This document shows positions 18,967-27,961 of a DNA stretch of 64,000 nucleotides, piece after piece (the first letter of the stretch is position 1; each line of letters starts with the position of its first letter). Below the pieces are notes generated by a model. That model was not told the DNA's origin. It saw only the letters and a list, made by a program, of their open reading frames with translations, and ran no database searches. A program made the position numbers and the translations under genes. The stretch covers positions 153,690 through 217,689 of the forward strand of contig JBDRJF010000001.1 of NCBI GenBank assembly GCA_043815185.1, read 5' to 3'. Source of the DNA: Candidatus Omnitrophota bacterium (GTDB taxonomy: Bacteria; Omnitrophota; Gorgyraeia; Duberdicusellales; 4484-171).

Positions 18967-18989
18967 CTGTTTAGGATTCGCCTAAACAG
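18967..18989. repeat. palindromic element copy B: CTGTTTAGG-ATTCG-CCTAAACAG
   Basis: 9-bp arms with a 5-nt spacer. Begins 2 nt after the rsmD stop codon. The core is the exact reverse complement of copy A. Confidence 0.75.
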
Positions 18990-18991
18990 GC

Positions 18992-19555
18992 TCACTTCGT
19001 GAAATTGGATACATCTTTCCTGTATATCAAGAAACTGGTCTGTCCGTATTTTTTGCTTACAATAAGCGAAAATCCCCTTCTGGCCTGGATAAAATCATCC
19101 TTCAGGGAGCAAAAAACTACCAGATAGCCCGAAACAGTTACTATATCATATTCCTCCAGTAGTTGCAAGATCTTTGTCAAAAACCCCTGATAATAAGGCG
19201 GATCCAAAAAGATAAGATCAAATTTTTCACCATAAGTAAAAAAATCCTTAATCCCTGAAACTGAGTCCTTTAAGAAAACCTTCTCTTGAGAGTTAATCCC
19301 CAAACAAGAAAGATTTTTCCTTATCGCAGCCACTGACCGCGAGTTTGAATCTAAAAATAGAGCCTCCCCAGCCCCTTGAGATAAAGCCTCCAGGCCTAAA
19401 GAGCCGGAACCGGCAAAAAGGTCCAGCACTCGTCTTCCGGGAACCTCTCCTCTTAAAATATCAAAACAGGACTTTTTTACCCGTGATGAGACCGGCCGGA
19501 TGCTTGAGGGAACAGCTAAGTTTCGTCCTTTAAATTTTCCTTCTAAAATTCGCAT
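18992..19555 (-). CDS. rsmD: 16S rRNA (guanine966-N2)-methyltransferase RsmD
   Basis: 187 aa with DLFAGSGSLGLEALSQGA and FLDPPY. Confidence 0.85.
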   Translation of the reverse strand: MRILEGKFKGRNLAVPSSIRPVSSRVKKSCFDILRGEVPGRRVLDLFAGSGSLGLEALSQGAGEALFLDSNSRSVAAIRKNLSCLGINSQEKVFLKDSVSGIKDFFTYGEKFDLIFLDPPYYQGFLTKILQLLEEYDIVTVSGYLVVFCSLKDDFIQARRGFSLIVSKKYGQTSFLIYRKDVSNFTK

Positions 19556-19558
19556 ATT

Positions 19559-21634
19559 TTAACTCCCACCAGAGTCAACTTGGGCCCTGATACAATGATG
19601 AGGAGCCTCTTCTAGATACGGATCTTGTTTAATCACCTTATAAGCTGAAAGCCGGGCCTCTTTAAGTATCTCTAAATCCTCTAGGGGGTTAGCGATCTTT
19701 AAACTCGGGAGGCCGTGCTGCAGATTACCGAAGAAATCTCCCGGCCCTCTTAATTTAAGATCCTCTTCGGCAATCTTAAATCCCGAGGTCTCCTGCGAAA
19801 TTATCTTTAACCGGCTGACAGCTTCCGGGGTGAGATTGCTTTTACTGATCAGAATAAAGTAAGGCTGATGCTGGGAGCGCTGTATCCTCCCCCGAAGCTG
19901 GTGGAGCTGGGCCAGGCCAAATCGCTCAGGATTCTCAACCAGCATCAGGGTAGCGTTCTTTATATCCAAACCCACCTCAACCACTGTAGTTGAGACTAAA
20001 ATATCTGCTTTTTTTTCCTTAAAATCATTTATCACCTTTATCTTTTCTCCTGACTTCATCCGGCCATGAAACATTGCTGCCGCGAAGGGAGAAAATTCCT
20101 TAACTATTTCTTTATACATCGCCTTCAGCGATTTTAAATCCTCATCCTGATTCTCCTCAATCACTGGATAAACAATATAAGCTTGCCGGCCCTGGCTTAA
20201 ATGCTGACGCAAAAATTCATAGACCTTAGGTCTCTGGCTCTCTTTTACCCATTGAGTCACCGGCTTAATCCGGCCATCAGGCATCTTATCGATCACTGAA
20301 GAATCAAGGTCTCCGTATAAAGAAAGAGCTAGACTTCGCGGTATGGGAGTAGCGCTCATTACTAAACAATGAGGAGCAGGTTTTCCCTTCATCGGAAGCA
20401 GAGCTCGCTGGGCAACTCCAAACCGGTGCTGTTCATCAATTACAACTAACCCCAGATTCCGAAACTTTACCCTTTCCTGGATAAGCGAATGGGTGCCGAC
20501 AATTACCTTAATCTTACCCCTGCTCAAACCCTGGTAGATATTTTCAGTCTGGGTAATGCTCAGTGAGGAAGAAATAACAACAATTGCCTCCTGATCAGGC
20601 TTACCAGCCAGAAATTTTAAACCATTTAAACTCTTAGTTAAAGTCTCTTTGTGCTGATAAGCTAACACTTCAGTAGGAACCATTAGTGCCGCCTGCAGGC
20701 CAGACTCGGCACAGATACCGATAGCAAAAGTAGCCACAGCAGTTTTCCCGCAGCCGACATCTCCCTGCAAGATTCGATGCATCGGATAAGTTTTGTCTAA
20801 ATCAGCCAAAATGCTGGCCACGGCCGCTTCTTGAGAAGAGGTTAGCTTAAAGCCTAAGTTTTTTCTTATTCTGGTTATTGTTTCCTGAAAAACTTTTAAT
20901 CTTACCCCGACCTGAAAAATCCGTTTTGCTTTGCGTAGATAGACTAAAACTTGCGAGAGGAACAACTCTTCAAAAATAAACCGCTCCCTGGCTCTTCTGG
21001 CTTCTTCCCAGGAACTGGGAAAATGAATTTCTTTTAAGCTCTTGGCTATATTAGGAATATTCTTCTCCTTTCTTAGGTAGTAAGGTAAACAGTCGGTGTA
21101 GTTACGGGAATATTTATCTAAAGTCGAAGCAATAATTTTTCGCATAAACTTCTGGGTAAATCCAGAAGGCAGCCGGTAAATACCGACTATTTTCCCCACT
21201 CCCAGAGAATCATCTCTTTTCTCAATCGCATACTCCGGGGCAACAATCTGCCGGGACCCGGAAACTAACCTAAGTTTTCCATAGATAACTAAACTAATGC
21301 CCTTCTTTATTGTCTGGGCAAGGTAAGCCTGGTTAAACCAAGTGCAGCGGATACTCCCGGTCTCATCCTCAATAATCGCCTCAAATACACTCCTTACCTT
21401 TTTAAACCGCATAAAGTAAGGAAACTCCTTTAATTTTACTGCCTGGACCTTAGCTTTAACCACTGAAAGTTCATCAAGTTTAAGGTCTTTTATCTTTTTA
21501 ATCTTTCTTCGGTCTTGATAGCGAAAAGGAAAGTAATAAAGCAGGTCTTTGATAGAGTTTATCTCTAAATTACTAAACAGAGCTGCCCGCTGCGGCCCAA
21601 CTCCCTTAAGATAACGTAAAGGAACCTTGTTCAT
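19559..21634 (-). CDS. recG: ATP-dependent DNA helicase RecG
   Basis: 691 aa with an N-terminal wedge/OB region, Walker A GDVGCGKT, and DEQHRFG. Confidence 0.9.
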   Translation of the reverse strand: MNKVPLRYLKGVGPQRAALFSNLEINSIKDLLYYFPFRYQDRRKIKKIKDLKLDELSVVKAKVQAVKLKEFPYFMRFKKVRSVFEAIIEDETGSIRCTWFNQAYLAQTIKKGISLVIYGKLRLVSGSRQIVAPEYAIEKRDDSLGVGKIVGIYRLPSGFTQKFMRKIIASTLDKYSRNYTDCLPYYLRKEKNIPNIAKSLKEIHFPSSWEEARRARERFIFEELFLSQVLVYLRKAKRIFQVGVRLKVFQETITRIRKNLGFKLTSSQEAAVASILADLDKTYPMHRILQGDVGCGKTAVATFAIGICAESGLQAALMVPTEVLAYQHKETLTKSLNGLKFLAGKPDQEAIVVISSSLSITQTENIYQGLSRGKIKVIVGTHSLIQERVKFRNLGLVVIDEQHRFGVAQRALLPMKGKPAPHCLVMSATPIPRSLALSLYGDLDSSVIDKMPDGRIKPVTQWVKESQRPKVYEFLRQHLSQGRQAYIVYPVIEENQDEDLKSLKAMYKEIVKEFSPFAAAMFHGRMKSGEKIKVINDFKEKKADILVSTTVVEVGLDIKNATLMLVENPERFGLAQLHQLRGRIQRSQHQPYFILISKSNLTPEAVSRLKIISQETSGFKIAEEDLKLRGPGDFFGNLQHGLPSLKIANPLEDLEILKEARLSAYKVIKQDPYLEEAPHHCIRAQVDSGGS

Positions 21635-22570
21635 TCATCTTGCTTTAAATCGCAGATAATCTTCTATTATATTTCGGTGATCAAAGGCTATTTTCTCCGG
21701 CAGGCAGTCTAACTTAAAAACTCGGGCAGCTTTAGCATCAGAATTAGCTTTTAATTCTCCTTTCCCCTGACCAATAAATACAACCGCGGCAGTATGAAAG
21801 CGGGGATCCCGGTTTCCTTTAGAATAAACCTTAAACTGCTTAAAATCTATAAAATCAAGGGAAGTCTCTTCCTTAACTTCTCTGGCTATTGCCTCCTCCA
21901 CCGACTCTCCGTAATCAACAAACCCTCCCGGTAAAGCCCAACCCAAAGGCGGGTTACTTCGCTCAATCATTACGATTCCCTGCTGATATTTGATTATCCC
22001 ATCGACAGTAAGAAAGGGCCCGGCACTTATCTTTTTACTTATATACTCAAGATAGCTGATTACATTTTTCTGGAAAACTTGGAAGGCTTGATCAGAATAC
22101 AAAACAAAAACTATTTTTTTCAAAGCCGGTTCTTTGGTTTGCCGGATATAGCGGAATACCTCCTGAGCCATTATCTTGGAAGCAGCCTCAAGGCTGAAGC
22201 CGCCCACACCGCAGCCTAAGGCACAGAAAGCTAACGAAGTAATTTTACTCATCTCTGCCAGCAGCAGGGAAGAGCAGGTAGCCCTCCTGATAATCTCTTG
22301 GTTAGTCTTAAAGTCCATCTTCATGGTTGCGGCATGGATAACATATTTTGCTTTTAACTTACCGCCGCCGGTTAAAATTGCCTCACCAACCTCTACCGGG
22401 CCTTTACTTATGGCTTCTTCTTCAATCCCCCTGCCCCCGGCTTTCTTGATAGTTCCGGCTACTCCCCCGCCCATAGAAAATTCATTATTGGCAGCATTGA
22501 CTATGGCTTCAGTATCAACCTTAGTAATATCACCCTTAACTACACTAATTACTACATCATTCACCCTCAC
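21635..22570 (-). CDS. macro domain / Nudix hydrolase fusion protein (predicted ADP-ribose processing)
   Basis: 311 aa with a GTG start. Residues ~10-160 form a MacroD-type macro domain (GDITKVDTEAIVNAANNEFSMGGGVAG, YVIHAA, AFCALGCGVGG). Residues ~190-311 form a Nudix domain with a near-canonical box at 216-238, GFVDYGESVEEAIAREVKEETSL. Confidence 0.8.
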   Translation of the reverse strand: MRVNDVVISVVKGDITKVDTEAIVNAANNEFSMGGGVAGTIKKAGGRGIEEEAISKGPVEVGEAILTGGGKLKAKYVIHAATMKMDFKTNQEIIRRATCSSLLLAEMSKITSLAFCALGCGVGGFSLEAASKIMAQEVFRYIRQTKEPALKKIVFVLYSDQAFQVFQKNVISYLEYISKKISAGPFLTVDGIIKYQQGIVMIERSNPPLGWALPGGFVDYGESVEEAIAREVKEETSLDFIDFKQFKVYSKGNRDPRFHTAAVVFIGQGKGELKANSDAKAARVFKLDCLPEKIAFDHRNIIEDYLRFKAR

Positions 22571-22590
22571 AAATACCCCTTTTACCTTAT

Positions 22591-22611
22591 TTCACACCCC
22601 CGGGGTGTGAA
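22591..22611. repeat. REP-like palindrome TTCACACCCCCGGGGTGTGAA (copy 1)
   Basis: 10-nt arms, read directly from the sequence. Followed by AGCGGTTAA. Lies between the RAYT stop and the macro-Nudix start. Confidence 0.8.
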
Positions 22612-22625
22612 AGCGGTTAATACAA

Positions 22626-23285
22626 CTACTCCTCTAATAATCTTTTAATTTCGGCTAGTTCTCGCTGATACTTTATTCGAGAATCCACAAACCTTTTGTA
22701 ATTATTCGGTGTTATTCTTAATAAATCAGAATAGTTACATACTTCTTCTTCTTTGCGTATCTTGTTTAAGAATTCTTTATACGAAGAAAATTCCCAATCC
22801 TCTGGTTTCTCAACTAAATGAGCAGTCACTGGGTTTAAGTGAACATACCTAGTAAAATGAAGCAGTTGATTATCTGTTTTTACTAAAACATTCTTAAACC
22901 GAGACTCCCACAAAGGTCCTTTTCTTTTTGTTTTAATATTAAAGTAGCGTGTATAACTATTGCAAACATTACTCATAAAAACAGAAATACCCTTAAGTCT
23001 TAATTGTTTCAAAATCAGATGTATATGAGTAGACATAAGACAATAAGCAATAATTTCCACTAGATTTTTCCCCTTACTAGAGCATTCTTTATAGAATTTT
23101 TCTCTATCCTTCATTCTAAGAAAAAAAGAAAATCGTAAAGGCATATTATCTATTTTGTAATATCGAAAAATATCTCTCATCCTCTCGTATTCTGAGACAT
23201 TTCGAAATATATCAAAGCCAGCGATACTCTTAGAAAAGATATGATAAATTTCTCCGCTAACTAAAGGATATTTTCTCTTTGGCAT
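22626..23285 (-). CDS. REP-associated tyrosine transposase (RAYT; IS200/IS605 Y1 transposase-like)
   Basis: 219 aa with the HUH motif in LMSTHIHLIL and the C-terminal catalytic-Tyr motif RYVHLNPVTAHLVEKPEDWEFSSY, both typical of the COG1943/RAYT family. Confidence 0.8.
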   Translation of the reverse strand: MPKRKYPLVSGEIYHIFSKSIAGFDIFRNVSEYERMRDIFRYYKIDNMPLRFSFFLRMKDREKFYKECSSKGKNLVEIIAYCLMSTHIHLILKQLRLKGISVFMSNVCNSYTRYFNIKTKRKGPLWESRFKNVLVKTDNQLLHFTRYVHLNPVTAHLVEKPEDWEFSSYKEFLNKIRKEEEVCNYSDLLRITPNNYKRFVDSRIKYQRELAEIKRLLEE

Positions 23286-23296
23286 TTTCTATTTTA

Positions 23297-24766
23297 CTAA
23301 CATTTATTCACACCCCCGGGGTGTGAAGTAGGGTTAAATGCCGTTTTACCGATGATTTTCCGGGCAAGCTTGTAAGCCTCAAGTTTGGTTGAAATCTTAC
23401 CCAGAGCCTGCTCTTCCTTAATTTTTTTCAAAATCTTTCCTACTAAAGGAGAGGCTGGGATTTTAAACTTTTTCATTATCGCATGGCCGTCTACTATCCC
23501 TATCAAAGGTCTTTTCTTCTTATCCTTAAAATATTCTCCTACCAACTTCATCATAATCTTCTCATGTTTTGTCCGCTTCTTAGCATTAGTAAGCGGTCCC
23601 CGGGTTGCCCGCCAATCGGAAAGCGAAAGAAGCACAACTGCTACTCCTTCCGGGCCGGTATCGCGAAAAAAACGATAGATTGCCCGCCGGGTAGGATTAA
23701 TCTGATCGGCTAAATATCCCGGACGCAAGTGCCAAAAGATTAACTTCTTCAATATATCCTTTTCCCGCAAAGACAAGCGTAGTTTATCGGCTATCTGCCC
23801 CGATAAATCCCGGCCAATTTTCTCGTGAGTATGGAAAATAGTCCTCTTCTTCAGCCTCTTCTTGGCCTGAGGTTTACCAATATCATGTAAAAGGCAGGCT
23901 AGTTTTATAATCTGAACCCTCTTTCTACCTTCAGCTAACTGATCATTAAAATAGGCAGTAATATCTTTATTGTTTAATAATCGCCGGCGGCACAGCAATT
24001 CAAATTGCCGCAAAGTCTCTAAGGAGTGTTTCCAGACGCCAAGATGATGGTAGGCCCCTTGATGCAGGCCACGCATCCTTTTAATTTCCGGAATAAACTC
24101 ATCGATTATTTTTAGTTTATCCATGGCTATAATGGTTTTATACGAATTGGAAGCGTTGAGTATTTTAAACAGCTCCTCATTTACTCGTTCTTTAGAGACA
24201 CTTTTAATTAAACCCTTATGTTTTGAAAATAAGTTTAAAGTCCCAGCCGCAATCCGGAAATCATAGTTAGCTACAAAAGAAAAACCCCGTAAAATCCGTA
24301 AAGGGTCCTGTACTATAACCTCATCCCTTACCACCTTAACTAGTTTTCTTCTTAGGTCTAACCGGCCCTGGAAATAATCAATAAGTTTTGCCGGCTTGGC
24401 CAGAAGAGAAAAAGCCAGGGTATTGATCGAAAAATCTCTTAACGCTAGGTCCTCTTTAAGATCCTTACCGCGCATGCGCGTAAAATCATAGCTATAAATC
24501 TTCTCTCCTCGTTTTAAGACCACCCGGAAGGATTTTTCAGTTTTATCGAGAATAATAAATTTAGCAGAAATTCTTCTGGCAAACTCTCTGGCAATTGAAG
24601 CAGTATTTTTCTCAACGCAAAAATCAAAGTCTACCAGCTCTTTTTTGGGTCTAAGATAGATATCACGAAGATATCCGCCAACCAGCCAAAGGCCAATATT
24701 TTGCTTCTGGCCAATCCAAGAAATTAGTGAAAAATAGGGGATTTTTTTTAAAGAAGCCGAGAGCAT
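23297..24766 (-). CDS. cca: CCA-adding enzyme type tRNA nucleotidyltransferase with C-terminal HD domain
   Basis: 489 aa with GGYLRDIYL..VDFDFCV (DxD), LRDFSINTLA, QDPLRILRGFSF, and HD-domain motifs HHLGVWKHS ... LLHDIGKP. Confidence 0.8.
   Translation of the reverse strand: MLSASLKKIPYFSLISWIGQKQNIGLWLVGGYLRDIYLRPKKELVDFDFCVEKNTASIAREFARRISAKFIILDKTEKSFRVVLKRGEKIYSYDFTRMRGKDLKEDLALRDFSINTLAFSLLAKPAKLIDYFQGRLDLRRKLVKVVRDEVIVQDPLRILRGFSFVANYDFRIAAGTLNLFSKHKGLIKSVSKERVNEELFKILNASNSYKTIIAMDKLKIIDEFIPEIKRMRGLHQGAYHHLGVWKHSLETLRQFELLCRRRLLNNKDITAYFNDQLAEGRKRVQIIKLACLLHDIGKPQAKKRLKKRTIFHTHEKIGRDLSGQIADKLRLSLREKDILKKLIFWHLRPGYLADQINPTRRAIYRFFRDTGPEGVAVVLLSLSDWRATRGPLTNAKKRTKHEKIMMKLVGEYFKDKKKRPLIGIVDGHAIMKKFKIPASPLVGKILKKIKEEQALGKISTKLEAYKLARKIIGKTAFNPTSHPGGVNKC
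23307..23327. repeat. REP-like palindrome TTCACACCCCCGGGGTGTGAA (copy 2)
   Basis: Identical 21-mer to copy 1, followed by GTAGGGTTAA. Lies inside the last 11 codons of the upstream cca gene. Confidence 0.8.
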
Positions 24767-24775
24767 TGGAAAGTT

Positions 24776-25168
24776 CTAGTATGTTTTTTCTAAGACTCCT
24801 TCTTCTACAAAGATAGGAGATTTACTCCTTAGGGCTAAAGCAATGCTGTCTGATGGACGAGCATCAACCACCTTAAGCGCCTGGCTATGGTCTTTTAAGT
24901 GCAGCTTGGCATGAAAGGTTCCGTCGATTAAGTCATCAATTACTACTTTATCTAAATTCACCCCTAAATGACCCATAATTGACAGCATCAAATCATGAGT
25001 TAATGGCCGCGGAGGGCTAAAACCTCCCAACTCCATTTTGATAGCTACAGCTTCATTAACTCCAATAATAATCGGCAGAAGCCGGGTCCCTTCTTTTTCC
25101 TTTAAAATAATAACCTGCTCTTTCTTATGCTCGTCAATTATAATCTTTGAAAGTTCTACTTCGATCAT
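24776..25168 (-). CDS. bifunctional nuclease family protein (DUF151/BFN)
   Basis: 130 aa with [20 protein letters not shown] and [14 protein letters not shown]. Confidence 0.75.
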   Translation of the reverse strand: MIEVELSKIIIDEHKKEQVIILKEKEGTRLLPIIIGVNEAVAIKMELGGFSPPRPLTHDLMLSIMGHLGVNLDKVVIDDLIDGTFHAKLHLKDHSQALKVVDARPSDSIALALRSKSPIFVEEGVLEKTY

Positions 25169-25629
25169 TTTACTCTCTTATTAAAAACGCCTCTTAGCTC
25201 ACGCATGAATTGGTTAATATCCTTAAATTGCCGGTAAACCGAAGCAAATCTTACATAAGCCACATCATCTAATTTAGCCAGCTTCTCCATAACCAGTTCT
25301 CCGATATAGTTTGAAGCCAGCTCCTGATCAAACTTCTTCTGTAAGTCAGTCTCAATCTCAGCGGCGACATTCTCTAAAACTTCAACACTTATCGGCCTCT
25401 TCTCACAGGCCTTAATAAGGCCGGTTAAGATTTTTTGGTGGCTAAACGGTTCACGCCGGCCATCTTTTTTTACGACCATCAAAGGAGTCTGTTCTACATA
25501 CTCATAAGTAGTAAACCGTTTGCCGCAACCCGCGCACTCCCTTCTGCGCCGTATGGCTGAACCTTCGGAGGTATCCCGGGAATCGGTAACTTTATTGTGG
25601 CTGTGATTACAAAAAGGGCACTTCATCAA
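25165..25629 (-). CDS. nrdR: transcriptional repressor NrdR
   Basis: 154 aa with an N-terminal Zn ribbon MKCPFCNH...[12 protein letters not shown] and an ATP-cone domain. Confidence 0.9.
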   Translation of the reverse strand: MMKCPFCNHSHNKVTDSRDTSEGSAIRRRRECAGCGKRFTTYEYVEQTPLMVVKKDGRREPFSHQKILTGLIKACEKRPISVEVLENVAAEIETDLQKKFDQELASNYIGELVMEKLAKLDDVAYVRFASVYRQFKDINQFMRELRGVFNKRVK

Positions 25630-26126
25630 ACCGCCTTAATGACAATCTTTCTTAAAACTATTCCTGCTTCTTTTAAAAAATCAATTGCCATCTTATCTGG
25701 ATATTCATTCTGTGTAATTACCTCTTTGATACCGGCATTGATAATCATTTTGGCGCAAATACTGCAAGGTGTATTGGTTATATAAATAACACTTTTTTTA
25801 GTTGAAACGCCAAAAGAGGCAGCCTGAAGGATAACGTTTTGTTCAGCATGAAGGCCGCGACAGATTTCATGTCGTTGGCCCGAAGTTACTCCTAAGTTTT
25901 CCCGTAGACAACCGGTATTCTCACAGTGATAGACTCCTTTAGGCGCTCCATTATAACCAGTAGCTAAAATCTGCCTATCCTTAACTAATACCGCTCCTAC
26001 TCTTCGCCGTAGGCAGGTTGAACGCTCCGAAACCAGGAGCGCAACTCTCATAAAATACTCATCCCAACTGGGCCTTTGGCTGCCTCTTGTGGCCTCAATT
26101 TTGTTATTTTTTCCCTTAAACGGCAT
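25626..26126 (-). CDS. deoxycytidylate (dCMP) deaminase, ComEB-like
   Basis: 166 aa with the zinc motifs HAEQN and PCSICAKMI. Confidence 0.85.
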   Translation of the reverse strand: MPFKGKNNKIEATRGSQRPSWDEYFMRVALLVSERSTCLRRRVGAVLVKDRQILATGYNGAPKGVYHCENTGCLRENLGVTSGQRHEICRGLHAEQNVILQAASFGVSTKKSVIYITNTPCSICAKMIINAGIKEVITQNEYPDKMAIDFLKEAGIVLRKIVIKAV

Positions 26127-26166
26127 TGCTTTCTTTTTTAGTATAAGACCGGATAGAAAAAATTCT

Positions 26167-27408
26167 CTAGCCGGGATAAAGTGGAAATTCTTTGGTAAAT
26201 TGAAGTACCTCTTGCTTTATCTGCTTAAGTTTTCCTGAGTTGTTTTTATTGGTTAAACCCTGATCAATAAATTGAGCGATTTTTTCGATAGCTGTTTCGG
26301 TCACCCCGCGAGTAGTAATAGCCGGAGTGCCAATACGAATTCCACTAGTTACTGCTGGCGGCTTAGGATCAAAGGGAATAAGATTCTTGTTTACGGTAAT
26401 ATTAACTTGACCTAATATCGCTGATGCCTCTTTTCCGCTAATATTCTTTGAACGTAAATCGAGGAGAAAAAGATGGCTATCAGTACCTCCGCTGACTACC
26501 CGATATCCTTTCTCTACCATTGCCTTAGCAAAACATTGAGCATTAATAACCACCTGCTTCTGGTATCGAACGAATTCACTCTTCAAAGCCAAGCCAAAAG
26601 CAACAGCCTTGGCCGCGATAACATGCATTAGAGGGCCGCCTTGAACTCCGGGAAAAACTGCTAAATCAATTTTCTTAGCAAACTCTTGGCGAGCTAAGAT
26701 AAAGCCGCCTCTGGGGCCTCGGAGAGTTTTATGGGTAGTAGAAGTTATAAATTCGGCATACCTACAAGGATTAGGGTATATCTTAGCTGCAACCAAACCG
26801 GCAAAATGAGCCATGTCTACTAAAAGATAAGCCCCTACTTTATCGGCAATTTCCCGAAAACGCTTAAAATCAATTATCCGGGGGTAGGCTGAAGCTCCGG
26901 CAATAATCATTTTTGGCTTATGCTTTAAAGCCAGTTCCTCTATTTGGCGGTAATCGAGGCATTCGCTATCTTTATCAACCCCATAAGCCGCTACATTGTA
27001 AAACTTCCCGCTAAAGTTTAGAGGATGCCCATGGGAAAGATGCCCCCCACAAGCTAAATCCATAGCCAGAATTGTATCTTGAGGTTTTAAGACTGCCATC
27101 ATTACTGCCATATTAGCCTGAGTCCCGGAGTGGGGTTGAACATTGGCATATTCAGCACCAAACAATTGCTTAGCCCGGTCTCGGGCTAAATCTTCAGCCT
27201 GATCTACGAATTCACAGCCTCCATACCAGCGGGCTTGGGGATATCCTTCAGCATACTTATTGGTTAAAACTGAACCTTGAGCTTCTAATACTGCTAGGGG
27301 AGCAAAATTTTCACTGGCAATTAACTCCAAATGTTCCCTTTGGCGCTTAAACTCCTGCATTATGCTCTTATAAACTTGAGCATCTTGTTGTTTTAATTCT
27401 TCAAACAT
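26167..27408 (-). CDS. glyA: serine hydroxymethyltransferase
   Basis: 413 aa with the PLP-lysine region [12 protein letters not shown], and SGGTDSHL. Confidence 0.95.
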   Translation of the reverse strand: MFEELKQQDAQVYKSIMQEFKRQREHLELIASENFAPLAVLEAQGSVLTNKYAEGYPQARWYGGCEFVDQAEDLARDRAKQLFGAEYANVQPHSGTQANMAVMMAVLKPQDTILAMDLACGGHLSHGHPLNFSGKFYNVAAYGVDKDSECLDYRQIEELALKHKPKMIIAGASAYPRIIDFKRFREIADKVGAYLLVDMAHFAGLVAAKIYPNPCRYAEFITSTTHKTLRGPRGGFILARQEFAKKIDLAVFPGVQGGPLMHVIAAKAVAFGLALKSEFVRYQKQVVINAQCFAKAMVEKGYRVVSGGTDSHLFLLDLRSKNISGKEASAILGQVNITVNKNLIPFDPKPPAVTSGIRIGTPAITTRGVTETAIEKIAQFIDQGLTNKNNSGKLKQIKQEVLQFTKEFPLYPG

Positions 27409-27850
27409 TCTCTCTCTCCTCTATCTCCCTTATCTTTCGTAATCTCCGAGCATGCCTTCCAGCTTCAAACTCCTCACTTAACCAACGGGAAACTATCTTC
27501 TTGGCCGAATCAACTTTAAATAAATGTGCAGGGATAATTAAAACATTACTATTATTATGTCTGCGTGACATATAAGCGCTCTTTAAGCTGTAAACTAAAG
27601 CTGCTCTTACCCCTGTTACCTTATTCGCAACAATACAACTGCCAATCCCGGTATAGCAAATAATAATCGCCCGTTCAATCCTCTTGTTTTTTACAGCTTC
27701 ACTAGCCGGGTAAGTATAATCGGGGTAATCACAAGGGTCTTGAGAGTAAGTCCCGAAGTCAATAACCTCATGCTCCCGCTCAATGAGGTATTTTAGCAAA
27801 CTATTTTTTAATTTAAACCCTCGATGATCAGAAGCAATTCCTATCTTCAC
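27401..27850 (-). CDS. rpiB: ribose-5-phosphate isomerase B
   Basis: 149 aa of the RpiB/LacAB family ([22 protein letters not shown]). GTG start with AGGAGG upstream. Confidence 0.9.
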   Translation of the reverse strand: MKIGIASDHRGFKLKNSLLKYLIEREHEVIDFGTYSQDPCDYPDYTYPASEAVKNKRIERAIIICYTGIGSCIVANKVTGVRAALVYSLKSAYMSRRHNNSNVLIIPAHLFKVDSAKKIVSRWLSEEFEAGRHARRLRKIREIEERENV

Positions 27851-27897
27851 TGATTCCTCCTAATGAACAGATGATCTACGTAGCATAGCCAACGTAA

Positions 27898-27926
27898 ATC
27901 ATAGGTCTTGGCATCTTTTATGTCAA
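27898..27926 (-). promoter_or_regulatory. candidate promoter of rpiB-glyA (TTGACA-17-TATGAT)
   Basis: On the minus strand, TTGACA is at 27921-27926 and TATGAT at 27898-27903. Confidence 0.5.
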
Positions 27927-27961
27927 TACCGTCTGCGGATTGAGTTCGGCTAAAGCCTCAC

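Larger units (their letters stand above)
22591..23327 (-). mobile_element. REP-RAYT-REP cassette
   Basis: A Y1 (HUH) transposase-like gene is bracketed by two identical 21-nt palindromes, 14 nt after its stop and 21 nt before its start. Two sampled 60-nt lines of the gene count 22% and 27% G+C, against about 37-42% in neighbouring genes. Confidence 0.7.
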
